Positions 37,725-50,714 of a DNA stretch of 64,000 bases are shown one piece after another. This DNA comes from Paramecium tetraurelia (Eukaryota). Below the pieces are notes generated by a model. It was not told the origin of the DNA. It searched no databases and saw only the letters and a list, made by a program, of their open reading frames with translations. The position numbers and the translations under genes were made by a program. The stretch is from contig CT868056.1 in assembly GCA_000165425.1 (NCBI GenBank), positions 1 to 64,000 on the forward strand, written 5' to 3'. Each line of letters begins with the position of its first letter. Within the stretch, counting starts at the first letter, position 1.

Positions 37725-40107
37725 TCACAATTAACTCTTAAATAATTCTGAGTATCTGACAAGCTTCTTAGACTTTAGATGATTCATTTTTCTTTTGATA
37801 TTTGATAAATCTAATAAAGAAACCACATTTTTAGTGGCTTAGCCTTTAGTACTTAAGTATTAGGTCGAATTGGCTAAACCTTTGAATGATTCTCTGAATT
37901 ATTAATTATTAGGAGCTTTTTCTAGTTTTGATGGCATTTACTCAGAGATATGTCTTTTTGATTTTAATTATTTTTATGCATTCTCTTATTCTTACTAATT
38001 ATCATCCATAATAAGCTTAATTGCCTATTTTTAATATAGAAATTAATACATTTAAATTAGTTTAAATCATCTGTCGAATAATTTGATCCTCATTATTCTA
38101 CTACTATTCCTACTACTGTTTTTGATCTTCTTTTTAGCCAGATATCTTTTAGTATAATTTCATTAAAGCTGATTCCTCCTCTAAAGTTTGTAATTTCTTT
38201 TTTGTTTATTTTAAACCTAAGGTATTACAATGCTTGATAAGTATCTTTCTAAAGGGAGTTTTGGTCTTGGGTTTAGGTTTGAGTGATTACTCAAATAATT
38301 ACTATTATTATCTTTTCTTCTTCAACCTTTCTTAAGCTTCCAAGTACCCTGAGACTAATTGAAATTCAGTCTTAATTTCATTATTCAACTATTTCAAGGA
38401 ATCAGTTTCTTTAGGTTCAGCTATGGCACTTTTACTAAATTGTCTTTTGAACATAAGGATAGCCTTGCCTAATTCATAATCTTATTGTTATCTTTAATTT
38501 TCATTAAGTTCGTCCTTACAAGTTCGTTGGATATCAGCAAGTGAATAGAATGCTTATTCTTTCTTCAATTGATTAACGATAACTCCTGCTAATTCTTAAT
38601 CCAATTTAGGATAATCTGATTATTCAGTTTTACAATATTAAGTAAAATCTGTAGGTCTTGTCCTTCTTGAAAATGATGATATAGAGTTTTATTTGATCAA
38701 TTTTGATTCACTTTCTGAAGTTACTAATCTATGTTAATCATATCCATCCTGGGTAGTGAAAGATTAATAATTTTTTGAAATCTATTATTGTGTAAGTTCC
38801 CTTTCTGTTCGACTTCCTTTGGGTACATTATATAATAAATAGGGGGATGGAGGTTTAACAGGAACAGGATTTAATTTGAAATACTGCTATTTATTAAGTT
38901 GTTCCATCTTGAATTTTAAATAGAATTTTTCATTTAGGGCTTTTTAATAATCATCTTTAACTTATAATTAGATTGCCTTGATTTCAGGATTAGTGTCATC
39001 TGCTAAGAATGTAAATATCATGTGTCTAATTTCACACTCAGCCAAGATATGATCAATGTACTTTTGTATATCTTAAGCTCGACTGAAGATAAGAATTCTC
39101 AATTAATGCTCATCTTCCAATCTCAAGACTTCATTACAAAACCATTAGGCTAAGTGGATGCATTCCTTCATCTTTGAATATTCAGAGAGGTATTCATAAC
39201 AGAATGATTGAAGATATAAAATCATTACCAATTTCATAATGTATTATTCAACAGGTTTTAGATCTGAATCATCAATGACATTTGGAGTATTTCTTTTTTT
39301 TAAGATTAAGAAAATTAGTTATTACAAATAAGAATAAGCAATTTAGTATTATTTTAGTGAATTATTAAACTCGCATAATTAAAAATATAATTATCCAAAA
39401 TTTTAGTAGTGATCAACAAAGATCTTGATTAACCCAATATTTTTGGTTTGTTTCATTTCTTTAATCTATAATAGCTTTTCAATTTTATGCATCACTTTCA
39501 GACTGTTCTGCACTTCATTAGTACTTTTAAATAATCTTGCATAAATTATCAGTTATTTCATTACCAATGTCAAGCACTCATTCAAATAATATCTAACTAT
39601 TCATATTCATAACTTGTACCTTTGGTTTTCTCCTTTAACTTGCTTAAATTGGCAACCTTTATCAAACTTCCAGGTATACAAATTGTCTAATGAATTCGTT
39701 GTCTCAATCTATTCAGTCCTATCTTTTGTTCAATCTAAGCTGAATTTAATTCTTCAAAATGTTCAGTTCCTCTTTCATTTTTTAGCATTCTTTGAATATT
39801 GATATAAGTGACAGCAGTGTATAAATTGCATCTATCAAGCAACAAATCTACTTTCTGAATATTTTCTCCTTGAATATATTCAGAAAGTAGATTTTATGCT
39901 GCTCTCATCAGTCTTCTGCTAATTTGGATATTGAGTGTGCTCATTTCATTATGGGAATAACTCATGAAATGTTTGTCAAGCAACAAGATTACCTTTCGAT
40001 TCCCATTCTGAATTATTTATTTACAATACCTTTTTTAATAAACCAGAAGCATCATTTAAAATATTTTCAATTGGGTATTTCTTCATAACTGGTGATTCAG
40101 ATTCCAT
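37725..40107 (-). CDS. Hypothetical ~770-aa helical protein with a TPR-like segment
   Basis: MESESPVMKKYP... with introns; DHYQNFGQLYFQLCEFNNSLKQYQIAYSYLQ is TPR-like; Q-rich C-terminus. Confidence 0.65.
39844..39894. repeat. Perfect 19-bp inverted repeat with a 13-nt loop
   Basis: AAATCTACTTTCTGAATAT (39844-39862) is the exact reverse complement of ATATTCAGAAAGTAGATTT (39876-39894). Confidence 0.95.
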
Positions 40108-40149
40108 TATTAATTATTAATTATATATTTATTTTATCATTATTAAAAT

Positions 40150-41195
40150 TTAAAATTAAGATATTTGTGAGATACTTAAATTTGCAGTTTGGATTGATTT
40201 ATTTATTATTTTACGGATATAATTCTAAACATAATTTGACCATTTTCCATAGTATCTAATAAATTCATCAGAATGAACAACATAAAAGAATTGACATAAA
40301 AATTGCTTTCGATTTCACCATATTTTAACTTCCATTCATCCTTATTTCAAAATCTTTTATTTTCAAAACAACTTAGGTAACTGAGAAACACTTCATCTTC
40401 TACTTTTGGAATTAGAAATAAATCTACTTCTTCTATCTTAAAGTGGATTCAAACCTTCCAATTTAAATCCAATTGCAATTTTTGGATTTTACTAGAATAA
40501 TACAATCCTAATCTAGAATCCAAGATTTTCACAACTCAAATTTTCCAAACACCATCCTCTATGATTAATTTATTCTTACAAGCAAGATGGATATAACTTT
40601 TGATACATATTGAATCTATATAAATTAGAACTTTCAATGTTTAGCAGATTCTTGTTAATTTTTATGATCAAATAGGTTTAAATCTGTCAATGAGTCTTGA
40701 TATATATATATATCAATTTATGTTGATTCTATCATCTAGTAAAAGATGTTTTATCAAACTGACTTTTTTAGATAGGTTGATTCCATTATAAATATTGTAT
40801 CCTAAATTCAAATAAAATGAATAATTGCTGAGAGACATTCCATCAGCATTTACTAAGTAATATGATTCTACAAAGGTGTTGATTTAATTGGTTAAAATTC
40901 TAACGAGGGAGGAATAAAAGAAAATAAAGGCTTTGAAATTTGATACTTAAACTCTTTTTAATAAAGGACATTACTAATGGTCTAGAGTTATAAATTACTC
41001 ACTTTTAATTCCTCCCATGTTTACAAATGCTTTTTATTAGGCCATAAGTAGTTTATCAATTATTCTGGTTATTTTTGCATTTTTTCATATCTTAGGTTCC
41101 ATTCTTCTTGCATTTGTGCGTGCAGTTTAGGGAAATAGGGCAAAAATTGATTATGAACCATTATAAATTTCTGTCTTTTTTAATTGTTGCGACAT
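40150..41195 (-). pseudogene. Possible eroded multi-intron gene (strand and frame unresolved)
   Basis: Protein-like minus-strand stretches (MVHNQFLPYFPKLHAQMQEEWNLRYEK; EEVDLFLIPKVEDEVFLSYLSCFENK) and intron-like GT..TAG segments, interrupted by TGAs. A plus frame from 40273 is also open. Confidence 0.3.
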
Positions 41196-41208
41196 TGTTT
41201 TAATTAAA

Positions 41209-43568
41209 ATGAGTAAATATTTATTTCCTATAATAACAGAGTGGATAGTTTTGATTTTATCAATAATAGGAGTCTTGCTTTCATTGTTTTACATATACGC
41301 GTTCTTAAGGATCAATAAACTACATAAGAGTCCAGGCGATATTTATTTTGGAATGTGTTTGGGAGAATTGATTATGATGTTACATTAGTAAGCAAAATCA
41401 GCATAATTAGTATTATAGATTCTAGCAATCTTTTACTTGAAGGCGGAATAAAGAAAAATAGTGCATTTTGTCTTATCAATCTTGTAGCTTTCACCTTTTC
41501 TGTCATACTTATTTACTCATATACAATTTAATTGTATATGCATATGATTGTAAGACTCATCTTTACGCTTCAAGCTAAAAAGATTAATAAATGGTAAGGG
41601 CATTTAGCAACTTGGGTGATATCATTGCTTTATGCTTTAATCTCCCTTATATCCTTTTAAGAAAGCCATTGTGGAGTCACTCTCTCCTCTACTGCTCCAT
41701 TTACTTTTATAATTTTATTGCTGAGTTTTTTTGCAATGGCAATCACTACTCGACAATATATCAAGCAGGAATGCGAAATCAATTCAACTGTAATATAATT
41801 AACAATATTATATAGAATAAACTTTAGAAGGAGGGTTAAAATTTCATGTAATACATTACCAAATTATTTATTGTTTAATCCATAATAATGACTAGTTTCA
41901 TTACCTTTGCAATGGCTGCTTATCTCTTGGATTAGAGTCTGAAACTTTAGGTAAATTGCACTAATGCTACTCCAATAACTTGGCTAGCTTATCTTGGCTT
42001 TTTTGCTCAAATTTCTGCTGTTGTATATCCTATTGCTATTCCCTTAACCAGATTTACTGATCCCTTTATTAAAAAGCATTTAATAAAACATTATTTTCCA
42101 TCTAAATCGCTGACAGGATCAAGAGATATTTCCATGATTGAGCAATCCTTAGAAGGAACTAGCATGTAATAATTTGATTATTCAATTATTTATAGATAAT
42201 ATAAGAAAATTAGTCTTGATGGACTTAGCCAATCGTTAATTGAACAGAATTCTTTTCAAGTCTCATAGGAATTTAGTACATTTAGAAAACCTTATACTTA
42301 ATCTGATTATTTAAGGACTAATACAGTATCGGTTGGAAGAAGCAGATAACTTACGATGTAAAATAAATAAGAGGATCCATTTATTCATCAGTTGACAAAT
42401 CAATTGAGAAGTGAAATTATTAAGAGAATTATGGCCTTAATTCTAATTCAAGAGCATGACAAAGTTAAGGAAATAAGTCAAAATAAATAATTTAAAAAGA
42501 TTCTAAGACATCAGGCCAATTAAGATTATGATGATTAAATTGTCTTTAATGTTAATGACATGTTTTTAAAGGAACATTTTAGAGAATAATTCAAAGTTTA
42601 GAATAAGAAGTTTAAAATGATTTCTTATGCTCCTGTCATATTCGATATACTTACGTATTCATGTTTCTTTATTTATTAGTAAGGAAGATTAAGAACATCT
42701 GGATCTATTGAATTGTTTGGATCTTGAAACAAATCAAGAATAAATCAGAGAATGTGCTTAAACCAGTGGTGGGAAGTCTGGAGAATTCTTTTTCTTTAAT
42801 CATAACAATAAAATACTCTTGAAAACAATAAGCATGTCTGAACTTCAAACTTTATTAGAAATTATTGAATAGTATTTCTGGCATTGCACTAATAACCCAA
42901 ATACCTTAATTGCTAAAATTTTAGGAATTTTTACATTTGAAGGATTTGAAATTGGCAGAATTTCTATGATTCTCATGAAAAACATTGGTAAAATTAATAA
43001 AATGGCTATCCAACGCATTTTTGATTTGAAAGGGAGCAGTTACGATAGAGAAGTAATTAAAACGATTAAATCATCTGGGGAATTTAATTCTTAAAATGTG
43101 GAAACAATATCAAGCGGTTAAGTATTAAAAGATTTAGATTTCATAAAATTGGAAAAGTAAATACACATAAGTCCTGAACTTTGTACTTAAATTTATGAAC
43201 AATTAGAAGTTGACACTCTCTTCTTAAAGTCATTGGGCTTTATGGATTATTCTTTGTGTCTTATGATTGTTGATTGGTAGAGTTTTTATCAATCTTAACT
43301 TTCCAATGAAATATAAGATGAAGAACTTATTTAAAAGATTATTGGCTAAAAATTAACTAGATTGCAGCATTGTTATCCAAGCACAGTCTAAAATGGATTT
43401 TATTATCACATAGGTATTATTGACTATCTTTAAAAATATAATTTGTAAAAAATAACTGAAAAATATGCCAAAAAGTTTATGAAATTGGATTCAAATCTAG
43501 ATACGTCTTCATAAAACCCTTATGAATATAGAAAGAGATTCTTAATATTTTTGAAGAGAATATTATGA
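41209..43568 (+). CDS. 7TM (GPCR-like) domain fused to a phosphatidylinositol phosphate kinase (GPCR-PIPK)
   Basis: Seven hydrophobic helices (41220-42060), then PIP5K motifs YAPVIF, GGKSGEFFF, LLKTI, FDLKGS, LKDLDF, MDYSL, IGIIDYLQ. Confidence 0.88.
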
Positions 43569-43826
43569 TAGTTCTATTAAGTTATTGTTCTCATTTACAT
43601 TTTTATTAATATGTTTAAGCTTATTTAATAAAACTATCATAAATTTATTTAAGGTATCCTAAGTTGCCATAACAATATAGGAGTATTTTAATAAAAATTA
43701 TCATTATAATTTATAAAGTTTTAAGCATTTATACATAATGTTTAAACTAAAAAGTTGATGATTCTGAGTCAAGTCTGATATTCAAATAATAATTAATTAT
43801 ACCAAAAATAAGTGAGTTTAAAGATA

Positions 43827-44846
43827 ATGTAAGTCCCAAAGTCCGAAGACTAATTTTCTTATTTAATCTAGTAATCAAACTCATAAAAAACGTTAGAGAT
43901 TTAGGTTGAAGCTAAAGCCAGTATAAGATCCTTAAGGCTTTCAGGAGACAATAAATATTTAGCAATTTGCCATATTTATAAAGGATTAGGTTAGCTTAAT
44001 ATTTGGGATATCACTTCAAAAAAAGTGAAATGTAGTATAAAAGTACCTAATATGTGGGCTGATGATAGGATGAGTTATTTTTCAAAAGATAGTAAATATT
44101 ATTTTTTTGCTTTATATGACACTGATTAACTGTAAATAATATCTCTTGAATCCAGAAGGGGAACTATAACATATTGTAGTCTAGGTGATAGATTAAAAGA
44201 AACAGCAGTTTCATTAAATCCATTATATTTTTGTACTGTTACTCCAAAATAATGTTTATTATGGAACTAAAATACGAAGAAGGTTGATAAAAAGATAGAA
44301 AACACTTTGGATTTTATTTGCTGCTGCTTTAAAAACAATGATAAGGAATTGGTTACACTCAGTTATTAAGAGTAAGATGCTACACTCATTTCTTGTTGGT
44401 GTCTTAAAAAGTTAAAGGTTTTAAGTTAATGGACATGTAAGTATATTTCACATTCTGCAAAGTGTTATGTAATCGAAGAAACATAAATTTTAATAATAGA
44501 TTATCAAGATGTACATGAACATTATTTTTAAATATGGAATATATTAGGGTAATCTTTAATTAGAATATTGTATGAAGCAATTGACTCATTTTACATATTG
44601 AATAATTTTGGCTCTAAGTTAATTGTTGATTGTGAGGACGATGAAGATGATGATAATGATGAAAATGCGGATAAAAGTGATGAATACAAATGGATATCAA
44701 TTTTTGATATATTAACTTTTAAATATCAAAGATTTAAGACTTTTATTGAATAAGGTCAAAGTTTCTATGTTCAAGAAGGTGCTTTGATAATTCAAAATAG
44801 AAAAAATAACTCAGAAGATGTAGGAATATTTATTAATATTAAATGA
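43827..44846 (+). CDS. WD40/beta-propeller protein
   Basis: SIRSLRLSGDNKYLAI...LNIWDI, FSKDSKY, CLLWN, FQIWNI repeats; acidic loop EDDEDDDNDE. Confidence 0.75.
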
Positions 44847-44956
44847 AAAAAGAGACGTAAATATGTGAACTTATAACAAATTAATATTAAATAAGTCTTT
44901 TGATTCATTTTTAATAAGAACGAATTATATTTTTTATAGTTAATATATAAAAATTA

Positions 44957-47900
44957 ATGTCCTCTCAACTTCCATAGCTGATGATAACTGAATAACCTAT
45001 GGATGAATACCAAGATTTTATCAGTCATTCACTATCTGATGTTTGTTTTTCAGTTAGCAAGTTCTAGAGTAAGGGTAATAATGTAAGTGAGAATTCGCTT
45101 GATTAAGACTACTAATAAAATATGAATTCAAATCCTCTCTCTCCAAATAATATTAATTTAACAAAACCATCAAATGATTCCTCAGACCAAAAATAAATTA
45201 TATAGATGCAATAAAGACCGAGTGTAAGTTCAACATAAGAAAGAATCTATAAAGACTTTTTCTAATACTCTTTGATTCAAAAATTTGTACATAGGATATC
45301 ATTCAAAAAGAAACTGAATTCAATGTTTGATAAGTATCATTTCGATGTGATTAACGATCTGGGAGCTACATTTAATTTAAATTTATTTCGAGAAAATACA
45401 ATAAAAATGCGACCAATCATAGTCAAATAGGTTTAGAAAATAGAGAATCGATGTTTCATTAAGTTTAATCGATTTCGGTCTTTGTTTCTATTAAAATGGA
45501 ACTTTTTTATCAACAAAATTCCATTAATATACCCAGAATCCAAATTGAAAATGCTTTGGGATGCAATAGTTACTTTAGCACGATTTTATTTTATCTATGT
45601 AATTCCAATGGATTTGGCATGGGAAACACAATCATTTATGTTTGACATCTTAATCGTACCCACATCATTAATGTTAACTTTATTGATAATAGATTTTGTA
45701 TTAAGTTTTAATAATGCCTATTATGAATTTGGATCCATTGTAACAGATCGCAGAAAAATAGCTCAATATGTTTTTACCAAAACATATGGATTAGATATTT
45801 TGTCAGTATTGGTTCTGATAACCTTTTTGATTATTTCAGTTGTTTAATCACAGCAAGTAAGACTAACTGAAAATTGGTATCATCTATTGTTGTTATTATT
45901 TCTAATCTAATATAAGAACATATCTAAACTATCAGAACAAGTTGAAGAAGCACTGAATTTATCAAAATAAGTGAGTTCGTTGTTAGAATTAGGGAAGTTA
46001 ATATTTTTACTCTTCTTCGTTCTACATATTTTCTCCTGTCTTTGGTTTTGGGTTGGAACTTATTCATATAAAAATGATCACAAAACTTGGTTGAACTTGA
46101 AAAACTTAGAGGAAGCTGATTGGAACATCTAATATTTATACTCATTCTATTTTTCAACAGTTACTATGTTTACTGTTGGATATGGTGACATCACTCCACA
46201 AAGTACTTTCGAAACTGTACTTTGTATAATGTTTATGATGATCTGTAGTATTCAACTATCCTACAGTGTAAGTACTGTAAGTGCAATTATCGATAAAATT
46301 TCATTTTACTCAAAAGAAAAAAGAAAGAAGGTTTAAACTATTAATACTTACATGTAAAATAAGAATATAAGTTATGAGTTACAATTTAAAATTAGAGAAT
46401 ATCTCAATTATTATTGGTAATGTAACCAATAAGAAGAAACAGAAGAGGAAAAGAATATAATTAATTAATTATCAGAAAATTTGAGAGAAAGTTTGCAATT
46501 TGAAGCAAATTCTATGATATTGAACAATTGCCCATTATTTAAGAATCACTTTAGTGTGTAATTAAAAAAGAAGTTGGTCAAAAAAATAAAATCAATTGTT
46601 GTTTAGCCAGAAAACATCATTGATTTTGATCATCTATTTCCAAGTTAAAAAATGAATTAGTTTATATGTTTTGTAGAAGAGGGAGAAATCTAAATTTTTA
46701 TAGAAAATGAGATGTTATAAAACCATGTTTCATATAATTCGATATCCATAGTTAATACAGTTTCTAAAGGAAGCAGTCTTGGTTTGATGTCATTCATTAC
46801 TGGAATTAAAGCAAGGGAAAGATTTAAAAGTATAGGCTTTTCTAAATTATTATTATTGTCCAGAGATGATTTTCTAAAAATTATACCAGAATTTCCAGAA
46901 GATTATGAGGCATTCAGGGAAATGCATGATGATTTGATTTATAATTCAGATTCTGAGTTTCTTAAATTAGGCTGTTTTTCTTGTAAAAGTGTTTCACATA
47001 AAGTTATTGATTGCCCTTTAGTTCATTTTATACCTGATAAGGAATTTTTAGTAAAAAAGCATTAATTTTCAAAGGATTAAAAAAGAAATGAAATGTGTAA
47101 GTTCAAATTCAAAAGGAATCAAAAAAGAACCCATAATTATTTTTAAGTTTTTAATGATTTGGATCTAATTCAAGAAACTAGTGATTTATTTTAAGCTGAT
47201 AATTATAAGCAATGTCTGTTTTATGAAGAACTTGAAGATGATGTTGAGAAATTAAAAATTCAATAAATAAATATTCCTAGACCTTCCTGTTATTTTCTAT
47301 AGGATTCAATTAAAGAAGAACCTGAAGAGGATTTCTTTATGCCGATGAATTTATTAAATCAAAGAAAAAGTCAAATAAATAAAATCACTAAAAAATCAAT
47401 GTCTTTGTTGGTAGATGATGATTTAATGCCTCTGTAGCATTTCAGAGGAATAAATAAATTTAAGAGGGCAGTAGAAATTGTTAAAAGTTTAAACAAAATT
47501 ATAAATAGGAAAAGTTTAAAGGCTTAAACTAAAAATATTTTGGCATCATTAAGCAACGAAAACTACAAGGATTCGGAATAAAAATAATTGTTAAATTCAA
47601 TAAAGAAGAGATTAAAGTATATAGAAGATCACAACATAGAATGGAGGGAATCAGATCTTTAGGAGATGGAGTTTTTGAAGATGAGATTGTAGATGTTAAT
47701 ATAACTAAATGCCTAGAAACCAGAAAAATTTGATTAGATAGAATGCGTTAAATAATATAAGTTTTATAACATTCATAATAACGTGGATTAAATATTGACC
47801 ATTTACAATGAATTTTATAAGGTCAAATTGAAAGAACAATAAAACATTCCTTAAGTCTTTAAGCAATTTGTCAAATATTTGATGTATCCCTATTCATTTA

Positions 47901-48073
47901 TTCATAAATACAAATTTAAATCAGACAATTTTAATATGAGGGAGATTAAGTAAGAGGAAACAAATCAACAAAAAAAGAAGAATCAATTCTCTAAATTATT
48001 GACATTGCATAAATAAAGTAAAAATTTAAGAAAAAAGCTAAATGTCAAGAAAGCTTAAATATAACCACTATGA
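44957..48073 (+). CDS. CNBD-family K+ channel, copy D (related to A and B)
   Basis: LIYPESKLKMLWD, pore YFSTVTMFTVGYGDITPQS, CNB-like domain, CFSCKSVSHKVIDC. Confidence 0.92.
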
Positions 48074-48091
48074 TTAAATAAATAATAATAA

Positions 48092-50643
48092 TCATTATTA
48101 TATTTCTTGCAATTATTCTCTGTAAAATAAAGAGTCAGGGTGATTTTTAGGAAGTGTTTTATCTAAGATTTGAATACATTTGGTCAAGCATTATTATGCT
48201 GATTAGATGTTTCCAATTTATTTTAATAAAATACCAAGGTTCCCATATGTAGTGGCAACAAGAGGGTGATCATCACCCGATTAAGATTATTTTAAAATAA
48301 CTAATGCATCTGCAAAGAACTTTTAGCTTTTATCATACTCTTCTAAATGTTTACAAGAATTTCCTATATTATTTAATGTTAAGGCCACTTCAACATGGTT
48401 TTCTCCTAACTTACTTTTCTTAATAACCAATGCTTTCTCATATTATGATTTTGCTTAATGGTAATCTTCCATTTCAAAGAATACATTTCCCAATACTTCG
48501 ATTGTTGAAGCCACTTCCAAATTTCCAGAACCTTGAAGTTTTTCCCTAATTGCTAATGCTTCTTCAATATTTTTCTTAGCCTTTCCTAAAGTACCTTTCA
48601 ATCTTTGGATTTCTCCTAACATTGTTAATCCTTAAGCTTTCATAAGTAAGGCTTAGTTTTACTATTATTAGTTTTAATTGTTGTAACTCAACATACTCTA
48701 TTATAGATTTTAATTTCCTGAAGCATGACCTAAAATAAATGTAAAATACAACCTTCTGTAACTCTGAGTCCTTTTTTAACTCTTTTAAGGGCATGTTTAT
48801 AATCTCCTAATAAGGAATGAACTTTTCCTAAGTTGATACTCATTTTTGCAAATTCTAAGCTGTCAGCTCCTTTTTCTTGTTCAGTAATTCTGCAAGCTTC
48901 CTCTAGGAATGAACGAGCCCTTACTAGATTTCCTTGTAATCTATATCCATTTGCAAGATTTTCCAATAAGAGAGCACCCTCGTAGCTGTCATCTCCGTTA
49001 TGTCTATAAAATATAGAAAATAAATTACGCTTTTCTTACACAATCCAAAGCTCTTTCGTAATTATCCAAGGCTTCATTTAACTTGCCTTGTTCTCTCAAT
49101 TAATGGCCAATTTCATTATATAGGATACTAGCCTTCATAAAATAATCTTGAGCGCTACTCAAATTATTGATGTCAATAAATCCGTTAGCAATATCAAAGA
49201 GAACCTCTGCAGCATGGAAATCATCTTTAGCATTCTCATAAGTGACTAATATTTCTTCCATTTTTTCAAGCCATTTTTCCCATTCAAATAGATCATAATA
49301 AGCAACAGCAATCAATTAATAGACTTTAGTAGATTCGATACCTGCATATTTCTTCTTGTATTTCATGCTTTCAACAAGATTGTCTTCATTAATAGGTATT
49401 TCAGACAGATATGACTTAGTAAACAAAGATAATTCAGCTGGAGTTAAACGACTAGATTCATCACCTACTAACATGAGTTTCAAGACATCATGATAATCAT
49501 TGCTGCTACCTCTACTGCCAGCTCTTTGATTATTGAGTTTTTTGACAACATTCCTTAATTCAGTGCTTTCAAAATTGACTTCCAATTAATCCATCATCAA
49601 AATATTTAAGCCCAATTAATAGACATCGGCTAAAAATGGATTGTATCTTCCAACAGTCTGTGCTCCACTTGCATCTACGTATTTTTAGACTTCTGGGGGT
49701 AAATAATCAGGTACACCTCTGATGGTATTCAATAATTCTTCGTTTTCTTATTAGATGTTGATTCCCAAATTGTTAAGTGATAGTTGGTTATGTAGAGTCT
49801 ATGCTTTTTTAACAAACTTAGCTTCTTCATAGCCTCCAATTTTGTAGGTTTTGCTTAGAGAACAATACCAAATGTTATGAGGACGTAGGTCTCGATGTGT
49901 AATATTCAATTATTCTAATTATCCTAAAGCTTATGCCAATTCGCCAAACACATGTCTTATTTCATCAGATGTCCATTACCAATTATGGAATTTACGAAAA
50001 GATATTATTTCATGTAATGTTGAGTCGCAATATTCCATCAATAGAATGATAGATCCTTTAGAAGATTCTTTATCTTCATTTTCTAAAATGTAACAATCGT
50101 GTAGAGATATCAAATTCTTGCATTTATTTCCAATCAATTGCATGATATATATTTGATACAGGGCCTATTTGAATTCATAATCCTCGTAATCATTAAAGTT
50201 GATCACTCTTAACGTGTATTTGTTACCTGTTTTTTTGTCGATCACTCTCAATAAGGATGTTTCAAAACAATTAGGATCGATGATCACAGACTATATTATT
50301 AACAATCACTTTACTTCATCAATATACCAATCCAACTCATCTTTGTAAGAATAGTCATGACACACTACTCGAATCGAGACAACTACAGAATCGTTGGTGG
50401 CCAAATGACTATAAGGTTTAAGGTTCAAAATGAAGTCTTGTTGTCTCTCATTTGAAAAGATATCTATAAGTCAATCTCTGTTATACCTTTCTTATCATTT
50501 TCACCGCTGGATATTAGTACTTGATGAAATCGTTATGATTCAGGTTTCAGTTTTTATTATAATCTCACAGGAATAGCTTATGCAAATGCCTATTCATTGG
50601 CATCTCTATTGATTGGTTGATTTCCACAACATTGATTCCCCAT
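48092..50643 (-). CDS. N-acylated pseudokinase with a C-terminal TPR array
   Basis: MGNQCC start; kinase fold LLMEYC, HRDLRPHN, RGVPDYLPPE, ADVYQLG; TPRs e.g. HVEVALTLNNIGNSCK and HPLVATTYGNLGILL. Confidence 0.85.
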
Positions 50644-50714
50644 TTTGATTTTTATTACGTTAAAAAATTATATTCAATTCCTATATATTAATATATATAT
50701 TTAAAATTCAAATT

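Noticed and set aside
38260..38290. G/T-rich telomere-like tract
   Set aside because: Antisense of a coding TQTQTQDQ low-complexity run.
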